Of a DNA stretch of 55,592 nt, positions 37,381 through 50,865 are shown one piece after another. The notes under the pieces were generated by a model that saw nothing but the letters and a program-made list of their open reading frames with translations, was not told the origin of the DNA and did not search any database. How positions within the stretch are numbered: the first letter of the stretch is position 1; each line of letters begins with the position of its first letter. The translations under genes were made by a program, and so were the position numbers. Origin of the DNA: Actinomycetota bacterium (GTDB lineage: Bacteria > Actinomycetota > Acidimicrobiia > Spongiisociales > UBA11373); NCBI GenBank assembly GCA_018821365.1, contig JAHJML010000129.1, forward strand, positions 1 through 55,592. Reading direction: 5' to 3'.

Positions 37381-39288
37381 CTACAACCCCTCGATCGGCA
37401 CCTTGGGGACTCCGGCGGGTTCGAAGCCGAGCACCTGGCCGTAGAACGACAACTCCGCCTCCAGCGTCCTGATCTGGTTCTCGGCCTTGCGGAATCCGTG
37501 GCTCTCGCCCTCGTATTCGATGTGCGCCACCGGGATCCCGCGGGAGCGCAACGCCTCGGCCATCACCGTCGCCTGCTCCGGAGGGACCACTCGATCGTCG
37601 AGGCCCTGGAACAGGATGATCGGGCAGGTGATCCGATCGAGGTAGTGGATCGGGGATCGCTCGTCGTAAATCTCCCGGGCGGCCGGATAGGGGCCGACCA
37701 GCCATTCGAGGTAGCGGCTCTCGAACTTGTGGGTGTGCCCGGTGAACAGGGTCAGGTCGGCGATCCCGTAGTGGCTGGCTCCGGCGGCGAAGTCGTCGCG
37801 GAACGCCAGAGCCGCCAGCGTGGTGTACCCGCCGGCGCTGCCGCCCCGGATGGCGAGTCGCCCGCCGTCGGCCTTGCCCTGGGCCACCAGGTGCTGGGCG
37901 GCCAGGGCGCAGTCCCGCACGTCGACGATCCCCCAGGTCGAGGCGAGCCGCTCCCAGTAGTCCCGCCCGTAGCCGGAGGACCCCCCGTAGTCCACGTCCA
38001 CCACCGCGATGCCCCGACTGGTCCAGTACTGGACGGCCAGGTCGAGGTGGGTCTTGGTCGAGGCCGTCGGGCCCCCGTGGCTGAACACCACCAGCGGCGG
38101 TTTCTCTCCCTCGGGAGCCTGGAAGTCGGGGTTGCGGGGCGGGTAGTGGTGGGCGTAGGCGGGGCCGTCGGGAGTGTCGAACGTGATCGTCTCGGGGATC
38201 GACAGGTAGGCGGGGTCGATGCCGGGGTCGGGGGCAGGAGCCAGCACCGTGATGCCGCCGGCGGCGGCATCCATCCGGACGATCCCGGGGAAGCGGTCGG
38301 CCGCCCCCGCCACCAGCACCACCGAGTCGCCGGCCGTCGCCATGATCGGCGGCAGGTAGGTGCCCGGCACCGGGAGGGGACGCATGGACCCCCCGTGGTC
38401 GACGGCCAGCACCAGTGGGCCGTTGGGCGTCGTCGCCACCGCCAGGATCGATCCGTCCCCAAGGAACCCGTAGCGCCGGTAGCGGAACAGCCACTGGCAG
38501 GCGCCGACGTCGCCGGTGATCTCGAAGACCGGTTCCACTCCGTCGGGGGCGAGCCGATAGAGGTTCCACCATCCGGTGCGGTCCGATGCGAAGTGGAGCA
38601 CCTCGTCGGGGGACCACTCGGGCTGGAAGATCGACTCACCGGGCCCCCCGGCCACCCAGGCCGGGGTGCCGCCCAGGTCTTCCTTCCACAGGGTGGTGCT
38701 GTTCCAGGGCATGTTCGGGTGATCCCAGGCGAGGTAGGCGAGCGTGATCCCGTCCGGGCTGATGCGGGGAGCCGCAAAGAAGTCATGGCCGGATGCCACC
38801 ACCTCGGGGTCGCTGCCGCCGTCGAGGGGGATGCGGACCAGTTCGTTGACCGGTTCCCCGTCGGGGCGGTGCCGTTCCCGGACCGCCACCAGGAAGCCGT
38901 CGCCGAAGTCGAAGTCGGAGTACCGGAGACCGGCCGGGATGCCGGGTTCGGGTGTGATCGGGACCGGGGCGCCGCCCGGAGGGAAGCGGTAGAGGCGCTG
39001 GTCCTCGAACGAAGCGGCGTAGACGACGCCCTCGTGGACCGCGTAGGCCCCGCCCCCGTACTCGTGGACCCTGGTGCGGGCATTGAACCCGGCGGGGGCC
39101 GCCTCGGTGAGCGTCCCGTCGGCGGCACAGCGGACGATGGCGCTGCGGCCCCCCTCGTCGGGCCGGCTCTCGACCCAGTAGACGTCGTCCCCGTCGACCT
39201 CGATCGAATCGGCGTATCGGATCGACGCGGCGGTGACCGACCGGGGGGTGATCGGGGAGGTCCAGGACCCATACGGTGCCGTTTGCAT
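37381..39288 (-). CDS. S9-family serine peptidase (prolyl oligopeptidase / acylaminoacyl-peptidase-like) with N-terminal beta-propeller
   Basis: ORF 37381..40242 trimmed to MQTAPYGSW (ATG 39286-39288 after GAGGAGAG). Nucleophile elbow GGSAGGYT. C-terminal D...H region (GLDDRVV, GESHGF). Confidence 0.88.
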   Translation of the reverse strand: MQTAPYGSWTSPITPRSVTAASIRYADSIEVDGDDVYWVESRPDEGGRSAIVRCAADGTLTEAAPAGFNARTRVHEYGGGAYAVHEGVVYAASFEDQRLYRFPPGGAPVPITPEPGIPAGLRYSDFDFGDGFLVAVRERHRPDGEPVNELVRIPLDGGSDPEVVASGHDFFAAPRISPDGITLAYLAWDHPNMPWNSTTLWKEDLGGTPAWVAGGPGESIFQPEWSPDEVLHFASDRTGWWNLYRLAPDGVEPVFEITGDVGACQWLFRYRRYGFLGDGSILAVATTPNGPLVLAVDHGGSMRPLPVPGTYLPPIMATAGDSVVLVAGAADRFPGIVRMDAAAGGITVLAPAPDPGIDPAYLSIPETITFDTPDGPAYAHHYPPRNPDFQAPEGEKPPLVVFSHGGPTASTKTHLDLAVQYWTSRGIAVVDVDYGGSSGYGRDYWERLASTWGIVDVRDCALAAQHLVAQGKADGGRLAIRGGSAGGYTTLAALAFRDDFAAGASHYGIADLTLFTGHTHKFESRYLEWLVGPYPAAREIYDERSPIHYLDRITCPIILFQGLDDRVVPPEQATVMAEALRSRGIPVAHIEYEGESHGFRKAENQIRTLEAELSFYGQVLGFEPAGVPKVPIEGL

Positions 39289-39351
39289 GATCTCTCCTCG
39301 GTGGTGCGATTCGACGGTAGTGCAACCGGCGGATAGGTTCCTCGCTCTGCT

Positions 39352-40158
39352 TTGATCGGGTCGATGGATCTCCCCGCTCACGAAGCATCCCGCCTGATAG
39401 CCGTCGTGACCGGGCGGCCGCCTCACGCCGCCCGCAAGGAGGATCTGACCTCCCGCCAGAGTGCCGCCCTCGCTGCGCTGGTGGCCCGCCGTCTCGCCGG
39501 CGAACCGCTCCAGTACCTCGAAGGATCGGCCGCCTTCGGCCCCCTCGAGGTGGCCGTCGACCGTCGGGCGCTGATCCCGCGTCCCGAGACCGAGGGCCTG
39601 TGGGAGTTGGCGGTGGCGGCCCTCGGGGACGCCGGGCCGGGCACCACCATCGTCGACCTCGGCACCGGCAGCGGGGTGCTGGCGCTGGCACTCAAGCATG
39701 CCTTCCCGGCGGCCCGGGTGATAGGAACCGACGACCGGGACGACGCCCTCGCCCTGGCGGCCGAGAACGCCGCCCGCCTCGGCCTCGACGTGGAGTTCCG
39801 GTGTGGCGACCTGTTCGACGCCCTGCCCGGCACGCTGCTGGGCCGCCTCGACCTGGTGGTTTCGAACCCTCCCTACGTGGCCGAGCACGAATGGGACGGC
39901 CTCCCGGTGGAGGTCCGGGGCTACGAGCCGCGCCATGCGCTGGTGGCGGGGCCCACCGGGACCGAGGTGCTGGAGCGGATCGCCGACGACGGCTACTGGT
40001 GGCTGGGGGTGGGCGGCTACCTGCTGTGTGAGATCGGCGAGAATCAGGGGCCGAGCATGGAACTGGCATACGGAGCGTTCGACCGCCACATCCGCCGGGA
40101 CCTGACCGGCAGGGATCGCTACGTGGTGGCTCGCAAGGGTTCGCCGTGCTGTGTGTGA
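39352..40158 (+). CDS. prmC: Release factor glutamine N5-methyltransferase PrmC (HemK)
   Basis: GEPLQYLEG, IPRPETE, the SAM motif VDLGTGSG, and the catalytic NPPY (VVSNPPYV). The start could be TTG 39352 or ATG 39364. Confidence 0.9.
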   Translation: MIGSMDLPAHEASRLIAVVTGRPPHAARKEDLTSRQSAALAALVARRLAGEPLQYLEGSAAFGPLEVAVDRRALIPRPETEGLWELAVAALGDAGPGTTIVDLGTGSGVLALALKHAFPAARVIGTDDRDDALALAAENAARLGLDVEFRCGDLFDALPGTLLGRLDLVVSNPPYVAEHEWDGLPVEVRGYEPRHALVAGPTGTEVLERIADDGYWWLGVGGYLLCEIGENQGPSMELAYGAFDRHIRRDLTGRDRYVVARKGSPCCV

Positions 40159-40168
40159 CGAGGCGGTG

Positions 40169-40747
40169 ATGAAGACCAGTCGATTCGAGGCGGCGGTGGA
40201 TGCCATCCGCAGGGGACTGGTGGTCGGCGTGCCCACCGACACCGTCTACGGGATCGCCGCCGATCCCTTCTCGGAAGAGGCGATGGTGGCGCTGTTTGCG
40301 GCCAAGGACCGCCCCCGGGTGATGGCGATCCCGATCCTGGCGGCCGGTCCGGAACAGGCGGGCAGGGTCGGATGGCTCGACGCCAGTGCACTGACCGCCG
40401 CCGCGGTGCACTGGCCGGGGGCCCTCACCTTGGTGGTGCCCCGGGTGCCCGGCCTCCCCGAGTGGATCGGCCACCCCGACAGCGGCTCGGTGGGCATCCG
40501 GGTCCCCGACCACCCGGTGGCGCTGGCGTTGCTGGCTGTGACGGGCCCCCTGGCGGTCACCAGTGCCAACCGCAGCGGGTACCCGCCGGCCGCCGACGAT
40601 CGCACCGCCCGGGCCGCCCTCGGGGATGCGGTCGCCGTCTACCTGGAGGGGAGTGGGGCCGGGGGAGAGGCCTCGACCGTGGTGGACCTGACGGGCAGCG
40701 AGCCGCGGGTGCTGCGCCGGGGGCCGGTGGATTGGCCGGGCCTCTGA
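40169..40747 (+). CDS. tsaC: L-threonylcarbamoyladenylate synthase, YrdC-domain-only type (TsaC)
   Basis: ORF 40151..40747 trimmed to MKTSRFEAAV (ATG 40169 after GAGG). PTDTVYGIAADP, KDRP and SANRSG motifs. Confidence 0.85.
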   Translation: MKTSRFEAAVDAIRRGLVVGVPTDTVYGIAADPFSEEAMVALFAAKDRPRVMAIPILAAGPEQAGRVGWLDASALTAAAVHWPGALTLVVPRVPGLPEWIGHPDSGSVGIRVPDHPVALALLAVTGPLAVTSANRSGYPPAADDRTARAALGDAVAVYLEGSGAGGEASTVVDLTGSEPRVLRRGPVDWPGL

Positions 40748-40805
40748 GCCGCCGCCTGGCGGGCGAACCGGCCCGGTACAATCCCCGCTTCCCGAGGAGA
40801 TCCCG

Positions 40806-42077
40806 ATGACCGACCTCCGGTCGATCGCCGAAGCCGACCCGATCGTTGCCGCCCTGCTGGGCGACGAAGCGGATCGTCAGCGCGGCAACATCCATCTCAT
40901 CGCCAGTGAGAACTTCATCTCGCGGGCCGTCATGCAGGCGTCGGGGTCGATCCTCAGCAACAAGTACAGCGAGGGTTACCCGGGCCACCGCTACTACGAG
41001 GGGTGCGAGGTCGTCGACCGGATCGAGAACCTGGCCAGGGATCGGGCCACCGCCCTGTTCGGGGCCGACCACGCCAACGTCCAGAGCCACAGTGGGGCGC
41101 AGGCCAACATGGCGGTCTACTTCGGCCTGCTGGAACCGGGAGACACGGTGCTGGGGATGGCCCTCGACCAGGGGGGCCACCTCACCCACGGTTCCCCGGT
41201 CAACTTCTCGGGCAAGATCTTCGACTTCCACGGCTACGGGGTCGACCCGGTGACCGAACGGGTCGACATGGACGAGGTGCGCAGAAAGGCCCTCGAGGTG
41301 CGGCCGAAGTTGATCATGGCCGGCTACTCGGCCTACTCGCGGCTGCTCGACTGGGAGGCCTTCCGGGCCGTCGCCGACGAGGTGGGCGCCTACCTGGTGG
41401 TGGATACCGCCCACATCATCGGCCTGATCGCCGGGGGGGCGCATCCCGATCCGGTGCCCCATGCCCACGTCGTCACCGGCACCACCCACAAGGCGCTGCG
41501 GGGCCCCCGCGGCGGCCTGATCCTCTGTGTCGAGGACCTCGCCGAGGCTATCGACAAGGCGGTGTTCCCCAACACCCAGGGCGGCCCGCTCAACAACCAG
41601 ATCGCCGCCAGGGCGGTCGCCTTCGCCGAGGCGAGCACCCCCGCCTATCGGGACTACGCCCACCAGGTGGTCCGCAACGCCGCCGCCATGGCAGCCGCCA
41701 TGACGGCCGACGGCGCCAGGATCGTCAGCGGCGGCACCGACAACCACCTGTTCCTGGTCGACCTCCGCTCCATCGACGAGGACCTGACCGGGAGGGAGGC
41801 CGCCCGGGTGCTGTCCTCGGTGGGGATCGTCCTCAACTCGAACCCGATCCCCTTCGACCCGCGGCCCTCCTACCGGGCCACCGGGATCCGGATCGGGACC
41901 CCCGCCGCCACCACCTGCGGGCTACAGGAAGCCGACGTCGAGGCCACCGGGCGGCTGATCCTGGAGGCGCTGCGGGGCCGGGGCGACCAGGTGGTGCTGG
42001 GGTCGGTGGCCGGTCGGGTCGCCGAGATCACCGCCGCCCATCCGCCCTACCCCCCCGATTTCCCCGGCCATGTCTGA
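40806..42077 (+). CDS. glyA: Serine hydroxymethyltransferase
   Basis: 423 aa. LIASENF, SNKYSEGYPGHRYYEGC, and TGTTHKALRGPRGG (PLP Lys). Confidence 0.95.
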   Translation: MTDLRSIAEADPIVAALLGDEADRQRGNIHLIASENFISRAVMQASGSILSNKYSEGYPGHRYYEGCEVVDRIENLARDRATALFGADHANVQSHSGAQANMAVYFGLLEPGDTVLGMALDQGGHLTHGSPVNFSGKIFDFHGYGVDPVTERVDMDEVRRKALEVRPKLIMAGYSAYSRLLDWEAFRAVADEVGAYLVVDTAHIIGLIAGGAHPDPVPHAHVVTGTTHKALRGPRGGLILCVEDLAEAIDKAVFPNTQGGPLNNQIAARAVAFAEASTPAYRDYAHQVVRNAAAMAAAMTADGARIVSGGTDNHLFLVDLRSIDEDLTGREAARVLSSVGIVLNSNPIPFDPRPSYRATGIRIGTPAATTCGLQEADVEATGRLILEALRGRGDQVVLGSVAGRVAEITAAHPPYPPDFPGHV

Positions 42078-42312
42078 GCGGCCCGGTGATCGGCCGTCCC
42101 GATCAGCGGAGCGCCACCGGGAGATCGGCGAGGCGGTCGGGCACGCCGTCGTGTCGGGGGCCTTCTTCGGGTCACTGATGGCCGGCTTGCTGCTCGGGTG
42201 GATCGCCGACCATTTCCTCGGCACCCGTCCCGTCTTCATCGTCATCGGGATCGCCGCCGGCGCCGTCGTAGGCTTCTGGCGGATGTGGGTGGACTACGGG
42301 AGAGCGGGATGA
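42070..42312 (+). CDS. atpZ: AtpZ/ATPase_gene1-family small membrane protein
   Basis: 80 aa with two TM helices (GSLMAGLLLGWIADHFLGTRPVF). It overlaps the glyA stop by 8 nt and lies directly before atpI. Confidence 0.65.
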   Translation: MSERPGDRPSRSAERHREIGEAVGHAVVSGAFFGSLMAGLLLGWIADHFLGTRPVFIVIGIAAGAVVGFWRMWVDYGRAG

Positions 42313-42313
42313 C

Positions 42314-43754
<1,441 letters not shown>

Positions 43755-43766
43755 GGGAGCCCCAGG

Positions 43767-44330
43767 ATGTTGACATTGTTGGCGAACAGCCTGGTGCTGG
43801 CCCAGGAGGTCCCGGCGGCCGAGGAGCCGGAGGGCATCGACCTGCTGATCCCGCAGACCTCCGAGCTGATCGCGGGCATCCTCGCCTTTGCGATCATCTT
43901 CTTCTTCGTGTGGAAGTGGGTGCTCCCGGCGGTCAACCGGACGCTGGAAGCCCGCCGCGAGGCGATCACCGGACAGGTCACCGAGGCCGAGAAGACCAGG
44001 GAAGAGGCCGAGAAGCTGCTGGCGGACTACCGCAAGCAGATCGCCGATGCCCGTTCCGAGGCCAACGCCATCGTCGACGACGCCAAGGCCACCGCCGAGG
44101 GGGTCAAGAGCGACATCGTCGCCAAGGCGCAGGCCGAGGCCCAGGGCATCACCCGCAAGGCCCGTGAGGAGGCCGCCGCCGAGATGGAGCGGGCCACCGC
44201 ATCGGTCCGCAGCGAGATCGGCTCGCTGTCGGTGGAGCTTGCCCAGAAAGCCACCGCCGGGGCCATGGACGCCTCGGCCCATCGCGCCCTCGTCGAACAG
44301 TTCCTCGAGGAACTGGATGGGATGAGGTAG
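43767..44330 (+). CDS. atpF: F0F1 ATP synthase subunit b
   Basis: 187 aa with one N-terminal TM helix followed by a long charged coiled coil. Its position is between atpE and atpH. Confidence 0.88.
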   Translation: MLTLLANSLVLAQEVPAAEEPEGIDLLIPQTSELIAGILAFAIIFFFVWKWVLPAVNRTLEARREAITGQVTEAEKTREEAEKLLADYRKQIADARSEANAIVDDAKATAEGVKSDIVAKAQAEAQGITRKAREEAAAEMERATASVRSEIGSLSVELAQKATAGAMDASAHRALVEQFLEELDGMR

Positions 44331-44867
44331 ATGTCCTTCGACGACCGCATCGACGGGTACGCCGCTGCCATCCTCGAGATCGCCCGCTCCGAGGGAGAGC
44401 TCGAGCGGGTGGGTGACGAGCTGTATCGGATCGCCCGTGCCTTCGAGTCGTCTCCCGAGTTGCGGGACGTGCTGACCGACCGCAGGGTCCCGGTCGATCG
44501 CAAGCTGGCGGTGCTGGGGGACCTGCTGGACGGCAAGGCCTCGCCGTTCTCGGTGGGCCTGGTGAATTTCGTGGTGTCGGTCGGGCGCGGCTCCGATCTG
44601 CCCGCCATCGCAGATCGGATGGCGGCCCGGGCCGCCGGCGAGCGGGACGCCGCCATCGCCGAGGTGCGCTCGGCCATCGAGTTGGACGAGGCAACCATCG
44701 CCAGACTGGCGGCCTCGTTGAGCGCCGCCACCGGAAAGACCGTCGAGGTGAAGGCCGTGGTCGACCCCGCCGTGCTGGGGGGGATCGTCGCCCGCATCGG
44801 CGACACGGTCATCGACGGTTCGCTGCGCCATCGCCTCGAGACCCTTCGTGACAAGTTGAACCAGTAA
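44331..44867 (+). CDS. atpH: F0F1 ATP synthase subunit delta
   Basis: 178 aa, OSCP-like. It starts on the nucleotide after the atpF stop. Confidence 0.88.
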   Translation: MSFDDRIDGYAAAILEIARSEGELERVGDELYRIARAFESSPELRDVLTDRRVPVDRKLAVLGDLLDGKASPFSVGLVNFVVSVGRGSDLPAIADRMAARAAGERDAAIAEVRSAIELDEATIARLAASLSAATGKTVEVKAVVDPAVLGGIVARIGDTVIDGSLRHRLETLRDKLNQ

Positions 44868-44877
44868 GGCAGGATGG

Positions 44878-46392
44878 ATGTCAGAACTCACCATTGACCC
44901 GCAGGAGATCGCAGCAGCGCTCCGCACCCACCTGGCCGATTGGACGCCGGGCCTGGAAGCCGAGACGATCGGCGAGATCATCTCCATCGGTGACGGTGTC
45001 GCCCGGATCTCGGGCCTGCCCAACGCCATGGCCTCGGAGTTGCTGGAGTTCCCCGGCGGCCTGATCGGCGTCGCCCTCAACCTCGAAGAGGATTCGATCG
45101 GCGCGGTCATCATGGGCGAGGCGAGCCACATCCAGGAGGGCGACCCCGTCAAGCAGACCGGCCGGGTGCTCTCGGTGCCGGTCGGCGATGCGCTGCTGGG
45201 CAGGGTGATCGATACGCTCGGCAATCCGATGGACGGCAAGGGCCCCATCGTCACCACCGAGCGGCGCTTCATGGAGACCACCGCCCCTTCGGTCGTGGAG
45301 CGCCAACCGGTGCGGGAACCGCTGCAGACCGGCATCAAGGCCATCGACGCCATGACCCCGATCGGGCGCGGCCAGCGGGAGTTGATCATCGGCGACCGGG
45401 GCACCGGCAAGACCGCGGTGGTCGTCGACACGATCATCAACCAGCGCGACACCGACGTGAAGTGCATCTACGTGGCGATCGGCCAGAAGGCGTCGACGGT
45501 CGCCGAAGTGGTCGACGTGCTCGAGGCGCACGGCGCCATGGAGTACACCGTGGTGGTCAACGCCACGGCGTCGGCGGCCCCCGCCCTCCAGATGTACGCC
45601 CCCTACGCCGGTTCGGCCATCGGCCAGCACTGGATGTACAACGGCGGCCACGCCCTGGTGATCTTCGACGACCTCTCCAAGCAGGCGGTCGCCTACCGGG
45701 AGATCTCGCTGCTGCTGCGGCGGCCCCCGGGCCGTGAGGCCTATCCGGGCGACGTCTTCTACCTGCACAGCCGCCTCCTGGAGCGCTGCGCCAAGCTCAG
45801 CGACGAACTGGGGGGAGGCTCGCTCACCGGCCTCCCGATCGTGGAGACCAAGGAAGGGGACGTCTCGGCCTACATCCCCACCAACGTGATCTCGATCACC
45901 GACGGCCAGATCTACCTTGAGACCGACCTGTTCTTCTCGGGGGTGCGCCCTGCCATCAACGCCGGCATTTCGGTGTCCCGGGTCGGGGGCAACGCCCAGG
46001 TGAAGGGGATGAAGAAGGTGGCCGGCCCACTGCGCCTCAACCTGGCGCAGTTCCGCGAGTTGGAGGCCTTCGCCGAGTTCGGGTCCGAACTCGACGCCGC
46101 CAGCCAGAGCCAGTTGGAGCGGGGACGCCGGGTGGTCGAGGCCCTCAAGCAGCGCCAGTTCGCCCCGGTCCCCATCGACGAGCAGATCGTGCAGATCTAC
46201 GCCGTCACCAGGGGGATGCTCGACAAGATCGACGCCGCCCGGACCAACGAGTTCTCGGCGGGACTGGTCGACTACCTCAACACCCGCCACTCCGATCTGA
46301 TGGAGCACATCCGGACCACCGGCGACCTCCCCGACACGGCGGCGCTCGATGCCGCCATCGAGGCCTTCGCAGCAGGGTTCGGAGGGGAGTAG
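44878..46392 (+). CDS. atpA: F0F1 ATP synthase subunit alpha
   Basis: 504 aa. Walker A GDRGTGKT. Canonical alpha blocks are present. Confidence 0.97.
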   Translation: MSELTIDPQEIAAALRTHLADWTPGLEAETIGEIISIGDGVARISGLPNAMASELLEFPGGLIGVALNLEEDSIGAVIMGEASHIQEGDPVKQTGRVLSVPVGDALLGRVIDTLGNPMDGKGPIVTTERRFMETTAPSVVERQPVREPLQTGIKAIDAMTPIGRGQRELIIGDRGTGKTAVVVDTIINQRDTDVKCIYVAIGQKASTVAEVVDVLEAHGAMEYTVVVNATASAAPALQMYAPYAGSAIGQHWMYNGGHALVIFDDLSKQAVAYREISLLLRRPPGREAYPGDVFYLHSRLLERCAKLSDELGGGSLTGLPIVETKEGDVSAYIPTNVISITDGQIYLETDLFFSGVRPAINAGISVSRVGGNAQVKGMKKVAGPLRLNLAQFRELEAFAEFGSELDAASQSQLERGRRVVEALKQRQFAPVPIDEQIVQIYAVTRGMLDKIDAARTNEFSAGLVDYLNTRHSDLMEHIRTTGDLPDTAALDAAIEAFAAGFGGE

Positions 46393-46395
46393 CCC

Positions 46396-48710
<2,315 letters not shown>

Positions 48711-48756
48711 GCACGCCGCTGCCCCCGGCCGGCCGCCGCCTCCGGGGGGTCTGATC

Positions 48757-49086
48757 GTGGCCAAGACGTTCCTGCTGGAGGTGGTGTCGCCCGAGTCGAT
48801 CGTGTGGTCGGGGCGGGCGGAGATGCTGGTCACCCGCACCACTGAGGGCGAGATCGGGATCCTGGCAGACCACGAGCCGACCATGGCGGCCCTGTCGACC
48901 GGCAGCAGCGTGATCACCGCCGAGGGCGGGGAGCGGGTCACGCTGGCCATCCACGGCGGCTTCCTGCAGATCCTCCGCAACGAGGTCACCCTGCTGACGG
49001 ACCGGGCCGAGATCGTCGAGGGCGATCGGGCCGCCGCGGCCGAACTGGCCCAGTCGCTGGCCGAAGCCGGCGACTCCGCCGGATAG
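48757..49086 (+). CDS. atpC: F0F1 ATP synthase subunit epsilon (short form)
   Basis: 109 aa. N-terminal beta-sandwich (LEVVSPES...) and only a short C-terminal helical region. Confidence 0.88.
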   Translation: MAKTFLLEVVSPESIVWSGRAEMLVTRTTEGEIGILADHEPTMAALSTGSSVITAEGGERVTLAIHGGFLQILRNEVTLLTDRAEIVEGDRAAAAELAQSLAEAGDSAG

Positions 49087-49158
49087 CCGGCGACTCCGGG
49101 GGGCGGGTACCCGTCGGAGGGACCGCCTCGGTGTCCTGCCGGGCTAACCTCTGCCGCC

Positions 49159-50004
49159 GTGCCCGGCCTGCTGGCGTTTCACGCCCACCCCGACGACGAG
49201 TCGCTCTCCATGGGCGGCACCCTGGCCCGCTATGCGGATGCCGGGGAGCACGTCGTGGTGGTGACGGCCACCAACGGCGAGGCGGGGGAGATCCACAACC
49301 ATCCCGATCCCGAGTCGATCCGGGGCCGTCTCGGCGAGGTGCGCATCGCAGAGCTCCACGAGGCGGCCCGCATCCTGGGGGTCTCGGCGGTCGAACTGCT
49401 CGGATACCGCGACTCGGGGATGATGGGCACCGAGGACAACCTGCGGACCGAGTGCTTCTGGCAGGCCGACTTCATGGAGGCGGTCGGCCGGTTGGTGGCC
49501 GTGATCCGCCGGCACCGCCCCGAGGTGATCACCTGCTACGACCCCTACGGGGGCTACGGGCATCCCGACCACATCCAGGTCCACCGGATCGGCACGGCGG
49601 CCTTCTTCGGGGCCGCCGACATCGGCAGGTTCCCGCCATCCGGCGGCGAGGAGCCCTGGCAGCCCTCCAAGCTCTACTGGTCCACCTGGCCCCGCGAGCG
49701 CTCCCGCCAGGCGCGCCGGACCATGGTGGCGATGGGGATGATCACTGCCGAAGAGGCCGAGCAGGAACCGGACCACGGCGCCAGAGAGGACGACATCACC
49801 ACCCGCCTCGACGTCCGGGAGTGGTTCGATCGCAAGTGGGGCGCCGTGCTGGCTCACCACACCCAGATCGCCGAGGACTCCTGGTTCCGGACCCTCCCCG
49901 ACGAGGTGCGCCGCGAGGGCTTCGGCCGGGAGACCTTCATGGCGGTCTTCAGCCGGGTCGAGGCTCCCCGGGACGCTCCCGATCTGTTCGGTGGCCTCCG
50001 GTAG
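49159..50004 (+). CDS. PIG-L family deacetylase, MshB/Mca-like
   Basis: LLAFHAHPDDESLSMGG, RDSGM and YDPYGGYGHPDH motifs closely resemble the MshB/Mca N-acetylglucosaminyl deacetylase/amidase family. Confidence 0.8.
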   Translation: MPGLLAFHAHPDDESLSMGGTLARYADAGEHVVVVTATNGEAGEIHNHPDPESIRGRLGEVRIAELHEAARILGVSAVELLGYRDSGMMGTEDNLRTECFWQADFMEAVGRLVAVIRRHRPEVITCYDPYGGYGHPDHIQVHRIGTAAFFGAADIGRFPPSGGEEPWQPSKLYWSTWPRERSRQARRTMVAMGMITAEEAEQEPDHGAREDDITTRLDVREWFDRKWGAVLAHHTQIAEDSWFRTLPDEVRREGFGRETFMAVFSRVEAPRDAPDLFGGLR

Positions 50005-50055
50005 CCATCTCCGGCCGCCTTCTCCCCAGGCGCTCATGATCACTACCCTCTGGTC

Positions 50056-50793
50056 ATGCATCTGTATGCCAGGATCAACATCCTCAACGGCCGGGCCGTG
50101 CGCCTGCCCAAGGGAGACGTCCGTGAGGCGATCTCGCTGGACTCCGATCCGGTCGGCCGGGCGGTCGGCTGGGTTCGTAAGGGGGCCGATCGCCTCCTCG
50201 TGGTCGACCTCGACGCCGCCGCCTATCGGGACACCAAGAACCGTCCGCTGCTACGCGAGATCGTCGAGGCCGTCGACATCCCGGTGCACGCCGCCGGGGG
50301 GGTGCGCTCCGCCGGCGATGTCGCCTGCATGCTGGAGGACATCGGTGTCGACCAGGTGGGGATGGGGACGGCGGCCATCAACGACCAGGTACAACTCTGG
50401 GAGTTGTGCCGGGACTACCCGGAGAAGATCTTCGTGTCGCTCGACGTGCTGCCCAACGAGGAGCTCGCCACCCGGGGTTGGACCGCCGGCAGCGGCCGCT
50501 ACCTCGAGGAGGTGCTGATCGAATTGTCGTCGGCGGGGGTCGCCGGCTTCCACGTCCAGCAGGCGAATCGGAATACCCTCGTCGAGCCGTCCAACCTGGG
50601 CATCCTCGCGGCTGCCCTCCAGGTCGTGACCGAACCGGTCATCGCCTCGGGCGGCGCCCGGGACATCGCCGATCTCATCTCACTTCGAGACCTGGAGCGG
50701 AATGGCCGGCGGCTGCAGGGGGTGGTGGCCGGACGAGAGATCACCGAAGGCCGGTTCACCCTCGATGAGGCCAGGGCGCTCCTCGGCGGGTAG
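50056..50793 (+). CDS. HisA/HisF-fold (beta/alpha)8-barrel protein, divergent HisA paralogue
   Basis: 245 aa, alignable by eye along the whole length to HisA. LVVDLDAA, AGGVRS, MGTAAIN, SLDV, ASGG and the GREITEGRFTLDEA tail are present, but Asn/Gln occupy the conserved Asp positions. Confidence 0.7.
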   Translation: MHLYARINILNGRAVRLPKGDVREAISLDSDPVGRAVGWVRKGADRLLVVDLDAAAYRDTKNRPLLREIVEAVDIPVHAAGGVRSAGDVACMLEDIGVDQVGMGTAAINDQVQLWELCRDYPEKIFVSLDVLPNEELATRGWTAGSGRYLEEVLIELSSAGVAGFHVQQANRNTLVEPSNLGILAAALQVVTEPVIASGGARDIADLISLRDLERNGRRLQGVVAGREITEGRFTLDEARALLGG

Positions 50794-50865
50794 CACCCAC
50801 CATCCCGCCCGGCGGCGGCCTCCCGGCGAAGACCGGGGCGGTGGCGCCCGTAGACTCCTCTCACC

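Noticed and set aside
37381-40242. Very long N-terminally extended ORFs. They include a 953-aa version of the S9 peptidase, a 653-aa version of the ArsR-like gene (18057..20018), a 708-aa ORF ending in transaldolase (26499..28625), a 493-aa ORF ending in plsY and a 422-aa ORF ending in bcp.
   Set aside because: Only the C-terminal parts show protein-like sequence and motifs. The extensions run antisense through neighbouring well-supported genes. Internal starts with Shine-Dalgarno-like sequences give normal-length proteins.
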